From Podarcis cretensis (lineage: Eukaryota): DNA of 64,000 nt. Shown one piece after another: positions 24,328-35,600 of this stretch. Every line of letters begins with the position of its first letter. Position 1 is the stretch's first letter. Both the position numbers and the translations under genes were made by a program. The stretch lies in NCBI GenBank assembly GCA_951804945.1, contig OX638154.1:71982001-72046000 (forward strand), read 5' to 3'. The notes under the pieces are model-generated. The model saw only the letters and a program-made list of their open reading frames with translations, ran no database searches and had not been told where the DNA came from.

Positions 24328-24791
24328 AGACTGGTGACTGGGAGCGGCCGCCGAGACCATATAACACCGGTCTTGAAAGACCTACATTGGCTCCCAGTAG
24401 TTTCCGAGCACAATTCAAAGTGTTGGTGCTGACCTTTAAAGCCCTAAACGGCCTCGGTCCAGTATACCTGAAGGAGCGTCTCCACCCCCATCATTCTGCC
24501 CGGACGCTGAGGTCCAGCGCCGAGGGCCTTCTGGCGGTTCCCTCATTGCGAGAAGCAAAGCTACAGGGAACCAGGCAGAGGGCCTTCTCGGTAGTGGCCC
24601 CCGCCCTGTGGAACGCCCTTCCAGCAGATGTCAAAGCGATAAACAACCATCTGACATTCAGAAGACATCTTAAGGCAGCCCTGTTCAGGGAAGTTTTTAA
24701 CGTGTGATATTTTACTGTATTTTTTGTTTTTATGGAAGCCACCCAGAGTGGCTGGGGAGGCCCAGCCAGATGGGCGGGGTATAAATAATAA

Positions 24792-24823
<32 letters not shown>
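24328..24823 (+). mobile_element. Young L2-clade LINE 3' end with (TTA)n tail
   Basis: Translates HITPVLKDLHWLPV/FRAQFKVLVLTFKALNGLGPVYLKERL...RAFSVVAPALWNALP. CpGs retained; ends gggtataaataataa(tta)n. Confidence 0.9.
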
Positions 24824-24825
<2 letters not shown>

Positions 24826-25830
24826 GATGCTGCCTCTTCTGTGTGGTATCTAGGTATAACATGGAGTCAGTCTATGGTAGGAAAATATGTTGCTATGCAC
24901 ACTGGAAAGTTACTGCAGCAACCAGAGAGGTAAGGTTGTGTAGAGCCCCCCCACCACCACTTTTTGGTACTTTTCATGTCGCCCTTGATTCTTAATTCAA
25001 TTTTGACTCCAAGCAACATTTCTGTGCCAATTACTAATATGTCTGGCTGCAAAACAGCTGGCCGCCCAGATGGCACTGGGTTCTTTAAAGATGCACTTGA
25101 TAATCAGGTAGCATTCTGAGATGCATTCGTTCTTTTTCTTTCGCATCTACTCTACCCAGAAATATTGGCCAAATGTATAGGCTATAAAACACTTGGGCAT
25201 GTTCAGGTCTGTGCAGTTTGCAAAGCAGAAGCCTTATTTGTCATAAGAATGTAAGAGAGCCTTGCTAGATCAGGCCTAAGGCCCACCTAGTTCAGAATCC
25301 TGTTTCTCACAGTGGCCAACCAGATGCTATGGGAAATCCACAAGCTGCGTACGCATGAATTAGCCCTTTTATGCCTTAACAACTGATATCTGGACCATGC
25401 TTCCTCTGAGCCTGGAGGCAGCATATAGCCATCATGTCCAATATAAACATTAACATATTTATGTGGCAGAATATTAAAATATTATTTCTACCTAGCATAC
25501 TGACTCTGGAATATAGGATATGACCAAGAAAAAGAAATGGATTAATTCTGTTCCAAGGTATTTTGAAGGTTTCACAGTAGAGGAAGCAAACTTTTCTCAG
25601 TTATGTAACCAACCATAATTTGTAAGATATATTCAAGCATTGCCTGGTGCCTTCAAACTTCCAGTTACCAAGCAGGCATTTGATCTGGTAAAACAAATCA
25701 GCTGCAGATGTTAACAAACGCTACGTTGCAAAATTGTCTGGAAGGTTATTCATATAACAGGTATGTGTTTGTCTACCATATCAAATTTGATGGCTCAAAA
25801 ACCCGGAACTATAGTTTTGAGGCATTTTAG

Positions 25831-26860
25831 ATGGCAAGTTCTTAAAGAAATGGGAGTGCCTGATCACCTCATCTGTCTCCTGAGAAATCTCTATGTGGGA
25901 CAAGAAGCTACAGTTAGAACTGGATATGGAACAACTGACTGGTTCAAAATTGGGAAAGGAGTACGACAAGGCTGCATTTTGTCTCCCTGCTTATTTAACC
26001 TATATGCAGAATTCATCATGCGAAAGGCTGGGCTGGATGAATCCCTAGCCGGAATTAAGATTGCCGGAAGAAATATCAACAACCTCAGATATGCAGATGA
26101 CACAACCTTGATGGCAGAAAGTGAGGAGGAATTAAAGAACCTTTTATTGAGGGTGAAAGAGGAGAGTGCAAAATATGGTCTGAAGCTCAGCATCAAAAAA
26201 ACGAAGATCATGGCTACTGGTCCCATCACCTCCTGGCAAATAGAAGGGGAAGAAATGGAGGCAGTGAGAGATTTTACTTTCTTGGGCTCCATGATCACTG
26301 CAGATGGTGACAGCAGCCACAAAATTAAAAGACGCCTGCTTCTTGGGAGAAGGGCAATGACAGGCCTAGACAGCATCTTGAGAAGTAGAGACATCACCTT
26401 GCCAACAAAGGTCCGTATAGTTAAAGCTATGGTTTTCCCAGTAGTGATGTATGGAAGTGAGAGCTGGACCATAAAGAAGGCTGATCGCCGAAGAATTGAT
26501 GCTTTTGAATTATGGTGCTGGAGGAGACTCTTGAGAGTCCCATGGACTGCAAGAAGATCAAACCTCTCCATTCTGAAGGAAATCAGCCCTGAGTGCTCAC
26601 TGGAAGGACAGATTGTGAAGCTGAGGCTCCAGTACTTTGGCCACCTCATGAGAAGAGAAGACTCCCTGGAGAAGACCCTGATGTTGGGAAAGATGGAGGG
26701 CACAAGGAGAAGGGGGCGACAGAGGACGAGATGGTTGGATAGTGTTTTCGAGGTTACCAGCATGAGTCTGACCAAGCTGCAGTGGAGGACAGGAGTGCCT
26801 GGCGTTCTCTGGTCCATGGGGTCACGAAGAGTCGGACACGACTAAACGACTAAACAACAA
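25831..26860 (+). mobile_element. 5'-truncated BovB (RTE-clade) LINE, RT C-terminal half
   Basis: Translates GVRQGCILSPCLFNLY, NLRYADDTTL, ELWCWRRLLRVPW. Canonical BovB 3' end ggggtcacgaagagtcggacacgactaaacgactaaacaacaa. Confidence 0.96.
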
Positions 26861-27106
26861 GATCCATTTTACATTATCATAAACTGGTAAATAAAATGCT
26901 AACAGTATTACAGTGATTAAATCACTTAAAACCTAACTAGAAAGGATCAACATATACACTGATAATATATATAATCCAAGTAATTGCAACAGGGGGAAAT
27001 GCTTTATTATTTACAAGCTGATGCTCATTCCTGGTTTTAACAGGATAAAGAGCCTTAATTCTTGTTTGCATAAAATGTTATTGCATTGTAACGTATAGTT
27101 TCTTAC

Positions 27107-27231
27107 CGTGGCCAAGAATCACCATATCCGTCTGGAATTTCTTCAAAACAATATGCAAAGTTGGGTATTCTATGACAACCTTCCCTTTCAAATTGTCTCG
27201 AAGGCCTTTGCTGGCATCCAGTTCTTCGTAC
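27107..27231 (-). CDS. ZNHIT6: ZNHIT6 exon 9
   Basis: aag|G...G|gtaaga, 125 nt. Translates [41 protein letters not shown] (conserved BCD1 IEYPTL motif). Confidence 0.93.
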
Positions 27232-27819
27232 CTTTGAAAAAGTAATTGCAAAAGTTTATCAGCAAGCAGATATTTGAAAGTGTTAGCAAATCAAAGTTAT
27301 TCACAGGTATCGTGACAAATATCTCCTCCAAACCCAGTAGCGGCCGATAGGCGGTGTGGCACAGCTGTTTTGCCAACGGGAATGACTGCTGCCATTTACC
27401 AAGAGGGACAATGTAAGAAGCACAGAGGTGCTGGATTGGCTTCACTATGGCACTCACGCCGTGCTGTGCTCTGCACTGGTCAAATCCAAGAAAGGAAAGG
27501 GCAGTTCTGCAATCTAACATTGTGTCCAAAGTGTGGCTAGTTTGTGCTGGCATACGGGCCTATATAAGTAATTCCAGGTCTCGTTTTGTTGATTACGTCA
27601 TAAAAATCTCCCATTTCAGACTTCCCTTCCCTTGATAGTGCTGAAGTACCATGGCCATTGAGGATTAGGTCCACCATTTTAAGGGACAGAGTTAGAAAAT
27701 AAAAATCTGAAAGGGAGGCTATCAGTGTACTCTGGGATAGATGTGAACCGAATTTCAGCTTCCTGGAAATAAAACAAACATTTCATAACCTGTTGAGCCA
27801 GTCAACCGAAACCACTGTT

Positions 27820-27834
27820 TATATATATATATAT

Positions 27835-27879
<45 letters not shown>
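27820..27879. repeat. Compound (TA)n/(CT)n microsatellite
   Basis: direct reading. Confidence 0.9.
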
Positions 27880-27880
<1 letters not shown>

Positions 27881-28354
27881 GTAATTCAGTTTGTATGCTG
27901 TGCTGTACACATGGAGGCACATTCCAGGCTGCCACTGGAAATCCCCCAAAGCTCATTCAAGTATTTGAAGCAGCAATTGCATGCCCACAGCTCAACATTC
28001 CGTACCAATGTGCAGTTCTCCTCTGGGTTGTTGGCCTCTGCCTCGAGACACAAACAGAAAAAAAATGGTTCTTTTTTAGGCTCTTTGACATAACTTGGGC
28101 TGCAGGCATGTATCAAACTTTGGTTTTGCAAGTGATGTGGATATATATCACCTCCAAGTCTTTTATGACTCTTTTTATATTCCTCTAGCAACAAGAGTGA
28201 CTTGATTAAACCCAATAAATAATCCAACTATTTTAGGCACGTCCAAGCAACGTGAGGTCCTTTGGGACCTGGAAAAATGGGGGTATAATGGGGGCGGGGA
28301 ATAACAGGGGGCGATAATGCATGCTGCACCGATGTGCACAGGGACCAGATTCCC

Positions 28355-28963
28355 TGTGCTGGTCCCGTGGGATAACCATGAGGCATGGTCCGAGTCCAGT
28401 CCTAGGTCGAGGGTGCAGTATGGAGGCAGTCCATCAAAGTTGAAGCTGGGTTCAAGGCAGGGAGTCGGGTGAGGTCAGGAGCTCTGGCAGAAAAGCAGGA
28501 CAGGGTGCAGGCAGGAACTGGCTACCAACAATGTTGCAGCTGCAACTTGGGACTGGGGCTGGCTGGCTTTTATCTGCCCCGAGGCATAGTGCGGCCCCGG
28601 TCCCCAGGTGACTTGCCTCTCCTGGAGTGGAGGTGAGCACTCCTCCTGCGGGAACTTAGTTTCCTCCGCCTCTCTGCCCTGAGCCTCTGCAGCTCAGGAG
28701 AGGCTGGAGGGTTACCGGACCCAGAGGGAACCTCAGCTTCCCCTGACGGGGCTGAGAGTGAAGCACCTGCAGGCAATGGGTCCTCCATCACCTCAGGAGC
28801 CAGAGCAGACTCAGCTGGTGCCTGCACCTGAGGATCCAGCACAGGTGAGGACCCTTCAGGCTCAAGCCCCAGCCCTGGCTCAGCTGGTTCTGGAGGCGGA
28901 GAATCCTGTGCAGGCTGGGATTCCTCAGGTTCAGCCTCAAAGTTCAAATCCCAGGCCATCACA
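28355..28963 (-). mobile_element. Solo LTR (probably Gypsy-type), 609 bp, with an open reading frame across U3
   Basis: TG...CA termini with short TIR (tgtgctgg/ccatcaca); 5-bp TSD ttccc at 28350-28354 and 28964-28968. TATA-like gataaaag on the minus strand at ~28567-28574. Confidence 0.85.
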
Positions 28964-29953
28964 TTCCCTGTGCAAAATGGTTGCAGCCTATATAAAATTG
29001 CAACTTCCCAGCCATGGCACCTGTACACCCTCCTTTGCTGCCCACCAAGGCTCTCCCATTTTCTATTTAAAAAAATGGGGGGGGGGTGTTACCAGTTTTG
29101 GGGAGTGCTGCCTTCTTCATCCATTTTATTTGTTTTAGTGGGATGCAGGTATTTCGTGTGATCTGGGCATTACAAGTTTTTCTTCTGTGAAGAAATGTGT
29201 CCTGGGCTCAAAAAGGTTGGGAACACATGTTTACAAATAGCTCAGTCATTTGAGGGAGATATATAAATGCTTCCTTAAAAAAAAATAAAAATCCAGTAAT
29301 CGGGGTATCTTCTATCTGACTTTAGTGTACACGACATTAATTAAGAACTATCGTAGTTAGATGGCAAAGGTAGGATAAAATTATATCAATATACATGTGC
29401 AAAACTTTGAAAGTTACAGAACGGCAGAATTATGTAGCAAAACAAAACCAGAAATCTAGTTGACGAAATTAAGAACTATTTGTTTGTGGAAATAGAATTT
29501 AAAATGTCATAACTTCATAGTATAATCCACAGCTACTCACACCAGCAGCTCCAAACTAAACTCCCAAAAGAAAACCTCATTTTATTTGTGTGTTCTGGCT
29601 CATCCATGTGACTTGGATTGGCCAGCCAATTCCATATAAGGGAGACTTTCTCCTTCTTGGGAGAATGCATTCAAAGCCAGCAGCAGGCATCATCATAGCA
29701 TTTCAAAATAACTGAAGTAATCCTAAGAACTTAACTGTGCCTATTCCTAATAATTATTACATAAGCAAGCTACGGTCCTTCCAGACCTATACATTTCAAG
29801 AGCAAAAAAAACAACAACAAAGAAAACTTCAACTCCTAAGGCTATTAATAGCCAACACTATCTCAGCAATTACTTCAAAAAAAGCAAAGTGAGCTGTAAT
29901 TCCTCAATTGCCACCAATCTACTAAATCCAGTGAATAAAAAGTTTAGATATAA

Positions 29954-30013
29954 AGTATTTGCCTGAAATAGATTCCCAGTATTTGCCTGAAATAGATTCC
30001 CAGTATGTTGCCT
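29954..30013. repeat. 24-bp tandem duplication (about 2.5 units)
   Basis: agtatttgcctgaaatagattccc at 29954-29977 and 29978-30001, then a partial unit. Confidence 0.9.
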
Positions 30014-30833
30014 AGCCTTGACTTCCACCAACTGTATTATCTATTGTAGAATTCCTTACCAGTTACCACAATATTTTAAATCGATATTGCTGGTATACCT
30101 CACTGCTTATTGCATAACACTGTATCAGGAGTCAGATTTTTAAAAGTCAAGATGTTAAAAATTTGCAACTTGCTTTTTCTGGTTCTGGAAGAAACAACTT
30201 TAAGCAATGGTTATGTCCCTCAAATCCAACTTCAATCATCATGAAAATATTTGGTTTCATGTTTCTTTCAACCCAGAGTAATTATGACCAGCTCTTTCTG
30301 AAACCTTTTAAAAAGGATAACAGTATATTGCGTTTCTTATTCAATGAATGCATTCATAAGTTGTGGATTAACACATGAACAGAACCATATTTACTGATTT
30401 ATTTACAGTACTTTAATGCAAAATATGGCAATACCTTTCTATTGGCAAGAGTCTCAACACATTCTTTTCTGGTTAAGCAAACATCTACCACCAAAAGGCT
30501 AAAGTCATTCACATGCCACAATACACTTTCCATTATCTCATGTTTTAGACAAAACATCTTTAGCGTCCAGCTTGGCATAGCATAAAACATTTGTACTTTA
30601 AACTATTTTATGATAGTAAATTATTCAAGTGTTAGATCACCAAGGCATAGCTTTAAGTAAACTTTATTGGTTGACAGACAGTGACAGCTTTTGGCAAATA
30701 GCCAAGACTCTGGTGCAGTACGAAGAGCAAAAGAATCTTAAGAGAATAGTATTTTCCTGTAGTGATCTAACTAAATCTCTGGAACTTACTATTCTATTTT
30801 GCTTTTACCTTCTTGGCTTCCCTCTCCCCATAA

Positions 30834-30873
30834 AAACAAACAAACAAACAAACAAACAAACAAACAAACAAAC
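30834..30873. repeat. (AAAC)n microsatellite
   Basis: direct reading. Confidence 0.9.
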
Positions 30874-31158
30874 TGTTAACTGTATTCTGCTCTCTCTCAA
30901 ATACAGCTTTGATTTGCTTTGCTTTTATAAATTAAAGAGTGTCCCATTTATAAAATCTATCAACACATTTCACAGCACTTCAAACACACAAAAACTGTTG
31001 CAAATATTAAATGTTTCAAAGTAAATGACAATGTTAGACCAATATTTTACCATTTTATTACTTCTATTGATCATATTTTTGCACAGACCAACTTAATATT
31101 TTAAAAAATCCCATAAACAAACCGCATATAAAACCAGTAATAAACAAAAACAAAGACT

Positions 31159-31420
31159 CAGAGAATCGTAGAGTTGGAAGGACCATCTAGTCCAAGCCGC
31201 TGCAATGCAGAAATCTCAGCTAAAGCATCCCTGACAGATGGCCATCCAACCTCTGCTTAAAAACCTCCAAGGAAGGAGAGCCCACCACCTTCCATGGAAG
31301 ACTGTCAAACGCCTCTTACTGTCAGAAATTTTCCCCGTTTAGTCTGAATCTCCTTTCTTGTATCTTGAAGCCACTGGCTCAAGCCCTACCCCCCAGAGCA
31401 GGAGAAAACAAACTTGTTCC
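31159..31420 (-). mobile_element. CR1 LINE 3' fragment
   Basis: Reverse complement of the same CR1 tail seen at 13680-14190 (agaatcgtagagttggaagg...gacagatggccatccaacctctgctt). Confidence 0.85.
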
Positions 31421-31973
31421 TTCCCCCAAAGTATGTATTTCAAGGAACAAATCACACCCACCCCACCTTAAGTCCACTTTTGGACCTGTCCTTGGAACAA
31501 GTTGCACTCTCTCAGCCTAACCCACCAATGGTTACTGTTAATGATGGCCGTATACTGGCTCCAGAATCAGAGGCAACACACCTCTCAATGGCAGTCACTG
31601 GGGGAGAACAGCGGGAGAAGGCAGTTGTGCGCCTGTCATTGCTTGTGGGATTCCTACAGGCATCTGTGCTGGTCAAAATGGGCCCTTGGTCTGTGGTCCA
31701 TCAGGGCTTGCGATTAAGAGGGTGCAAATGTAATTGGCGTTCTTGAATTTTATCCTTGAGGGTGGGAGGTTTTTAGATCGATTGATTGTGAAGATAGTTT
31801 CTCACAAGTCAGAGGCTGTGGTCTCCTTAGCGACACGTTCAGGAGCTCTTCTTTTAGTGGAATTTGTGGTCCACCCGGTACCTTTGGTGACATTGTTTTA
31901 GCACCAGGTGAAACATTGATGGACTGAGATTATTTTGCTTGTGTGGCTGTTGCATGTTTTAAAATGGGTATTA

Positions 31974-32338
31974 CCGTATTTTTTGCACCATAACACTCAC
32001 TTTTTTCCTCCTAGAAAGTAAGGGGAAATGTCTGTGCGTGTTATGGAGCGAATGCCTGCGGGTGGCGGGGGGGATCTGCTGCAGTCGTGAGCAGAGGATC
32101 CATGGTTCCCCTTCCTTCCCTCCTCCGTGGTTACAAAGCATGGAGCCACATGGATCCTCAGGATTTTTGCATTGGGCTACTCCACACTCACTGTCAGATC
32201 ACATGTCTGTGGCCACAGCATGAACCACAAAAATCATATATCCACTATTTCGTTTAGAGTATTTTTTTTCTTGTTTTCCTCCTCTAAAAACTACGTGCGT
32301 GTTATGGTCTGGTGCGTGTTATAGAGCGAAAAATACGG
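31974..32338. mobile_element. CCGTATTTT-family MITE
   Basis: TIRs ccgtattttttgc / gcgaaaaatacgg, TA duplication. Confidence 0.88.
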
Positions 32339-32387
32339 TAATTGCCTGGAGACCTTTAGATAACAAGTCTAATGATAAGCAATAATA

Positions 32388-32745
32388 ATAATAAGGTAAA
32401 GGACCCCTGGATGGTTAAGTCCAGTCAAACGCGACTATGGGGTTGCGATGCTCATTTAACTTTCAGGCCGAGGGAGCCAGCATTTGTCCACAGACAGCTT
32501 TCCGGATCATGTGGCACAACTGAACACAGTGATGGAAGCCAGAGTGCATGGAAACGCTGTCTACCTTCCCGCCAGAGCGGTACCTATTTATCTACTTGCA
32601 CTGGCATGCTTTTGAACTGCTAGGTTGGCAGGAACTGGGACAGAGCAATGGGAGGTCACACTGTTGTGGGGATTCGAACTGCTGACCTTCCAATCGGTAA
32701 GCCCAAGAGGCTCAGTGGTTTAGACCACACCACCACCCTCTCAAT
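32388..32745 (-). mobile_element. Sauria SINE
   Basis: Tail aaggtaaaggacccc through head tagaccaca. TSD taagcaataata at 32376-32387 and 32746-32757. Confidence 0.9.
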
Positions 32746-35289
32746 TAAGCAATAATACCATTGTAAGGAATATGAAGCTCTAGTGCCTTGATACAGGGGA
32801 CAGTCTTCTGGAATCATCAAGGACAAGCTCCCCCCTGCTCAGCATTCACGCCAACTGGGGTTGGTGGTATCGTTTTTGCTGCTATTTGGATGTTTTGTAT
32901 TTTATTGTTATTTCAGTGTTTATTAACATGAGATGTTTGTTTGCCCTTATTGATATTAGCATGACTTTGTGTTCTGCTTTGTAACTGTTAAAGCATCATC
33001 ACGAAATGTTGCATTTATTCTGTGCGTTGTTGTGAGCCACTCTTTTCGAGCATGGTTCTAGCATGGGAAAGTGGCATACAAATAAGATCACGGTGTACAC
33101 ACCTGCAATTTATGTTTGTGTGTGTGTAAAAAGATTGCATTTTCTAGAATTACCCTGTGACGACTACCATATTAAAGGATTTCAAACAGCATCTGAACAA
33201 GTATCATCAGTGCAACATGATGGAATGGATTTACCTGTTGTGCCCCAAGAAAAATGATGATGCTGAAGAGAGACAATATTGGCAAGAGCTTTGCGCCTGC
33301 ATTTTAATGCTTTAATTTTGTCCATTATGACTGACCAGAAGCCGCATAAGCTCCGAAAGAGCCTACTGGCTTGCAAGAAGGCCAAAAAGGCAGCCAACTA
33401 ATCCTTCTGAAAACTGCTGCATTCTACAGAACCCTCCATCATAAATGTATACCTCTCCAATGGAGCCTCCAGCTATTATCTTAGTGGTGAACTCAGTCAT
33501 CCCTGCCAGCTCAGACAGCAGGAAATTCCCTGCTAAGATCAGTCCTTCCTGCATGTCATCTGCACAGCCTTTCGTTTTAATAATGGCATTTTTGTAGTCT
33601 GTGATTAAAGATAAAAACGAAAATCCCGTTGAGTCTACTCTCCTATGATAAAGCATGACTGCTCCATTGAAGCATCTTCACTGGAACAATGTATTCGTAC
33701 TTTGTGAGGAAAAAAAACTCTTTTTAACACAAGCTTTGAAATCCCCCCACAAAACATGCTGACATCAGCATACAATGAAAAATGGAAGTACTTCCTGAAG
33801 CAGCTATGGGCACCATCCCATTTTATTAAAGCAATCCTTGACAGAAATATTACTGCCAAAACACAAAATATAAATGAATTTTGGTACTACTGCTACTAAT
33901 AATGCAGAAGGTTTAACCCCATTTCAGGAGGGGGAGTTAGAACAGAGGAGATGTCCACTGCACTTAAGAATCCTTTCAAGTACTAGTTGTGAGGGGCTGC
34001 AGTGCTGCAGAGATAATAACTAACAGATGGACATTCATTCCTAAGTGGTGAATAACTCTTCCTTGTGGTTATGATTTGTGAACGGGAAAATAGTGAAATG
34101 CTCTTCTCAGTTATACAGCAAGGGGGGAAACTACATTCTGGATTATAAAATTCAGTTCCACCTACAACTATAGCATACCTTAAACTTTGCACTTATGTTT
34201 GTCTAGTTACTAATGTGATCATTCAGATTTGTTAAGTATTAAGGGAGCTAATGTTTTCCGAAAGGATTTATAAAGAGCTTTGGCACTTGAACTATAACTT
34301 GGTTTAAGTCCCCATAAAAAGGATTACAACACTGCAATAAAATGCAACTTCCTGAAAATAGATATGCTTTGTACACTGAAATTATCAAATATTCCACCTC
34401 AGCTAACCAAAAGTGTCTATGCATACAAGTCACTTGTGTATTTGCCAGCTGAAGATGAAGATGCTGCTTCAGATGTATTTTTAGGAAGGATAGCAATTAT
34501 CTTCCCTTCACTGCTACTTAGCTCCAATTAAGACCTTTTGCCCAGTTAACAAAAAATAATTAGTTTCAATTGTTTGCCTCATGAAGCATATTTCACCATG
34601 AAAGCCTGACTTTTAATAGGACATATCCTTTACATTTAATGCTCCATAACATAAACATTTGTTTACTTATAAGCAGCCACCGTCCACCTTTTGGAGTATA
34701 GCTGACCCAAAGAGGCTTACAATTTCAGCCTAAAACTAGCAATGGAAGCACTAGCTACACAAGGGAATGGGTGTTTTTAGGAGAAAGGATTCTGAAAAAG
34801 ATGGGTTTTAAAGGTCTACTCAAAAATAAGTGGCATGGAGGCCACACATACCTCTGTGGGGGATAGGTTCCACTATTTAGAGGTCAGGCTATATAACTAT
34901 AATCATTTGAATTGTAAACCGGCATTGTATATCTTTGCCTATGTAAACCAAAATGGGGGACATGACAATATATGAAGAGAAAGTCCCTAGAGTCTGTGTC
35001 TGACATCTGAAGAACATTTTTGTCTTAAAAACATGCCACTTGTAGTTACTTAGGACAGCTCCACCACATGGCAGATGCAACAACTGGAAAGAAGTACCTT
35101 CACCACAATCACTGCTATGCAGTAGGGTCAAAGATCAGATCTTATCTGTGATTAATTGGTCAGGTCTGGTCTAGCCTAGCATCTTTGTTCTAGTCATCAT
35201 TCCTGTCACTTCATTACACAAGCTCTTAATAGGCCAAGGATTTGCCTAGCTTCTAGCTTGCAGTAGGAAAACCCCAAGACCTTTCAGGA

Positions 35290-35600
35290 AACCACCAGGA
35301 TCCACCTGGCAATGAACTATCTTAATAGATTCCCCCATGCCTATACAGTTTTAGATTCTCTGTAAGTCCTGCCACATAAAGATCTGTCCATAATAAAGGA
35401 GCCGCACAAAGCTGCCAATCATTCCTGATCATCTTCGTATCCTGGATATAATACCAGATCAAGAGCATGCCCTGCCACAAATATGACTGATCCACCATTG
35501 CTATAGAAATTATGGAATTCTGAGCCACACCCAAGAAAGAGATCTTGGTATCAATGTCAAATGATGGCTGCCCCTTACACAGCTAAGTGTCTTCCTGCTT
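35290..35600 (-). mobile_element. Ancient L2-like endonuclease-domain remnant
   Basis: Minus strand gcagggcatgctcttgatctggta reads AGHALDLV (APE endonuclease GHTLDL motif), preceded by an AQN.. segment. Heavily decayed. Confidence 0.45.

Noticed and set aside
25891-26817. 308-aa ORF on the minus strand
   Set aside because: Exact antisense shadow of the BovB RT frame; no independent protein features or exon signals.
28963-29028. N-terminal 22 aa of the 152-aa ORF 28570..29028
   Set aside because: Lies outside the LTR boundary/TSD and is a chance open flank; only the part inside the LTR is considered meaningful.
29954-30013. CRISPR-like or functional repeat array
   Set aside because: Head-to-tail 24-bp duplication with no spacers in a vertebrate intron; simple slippage.
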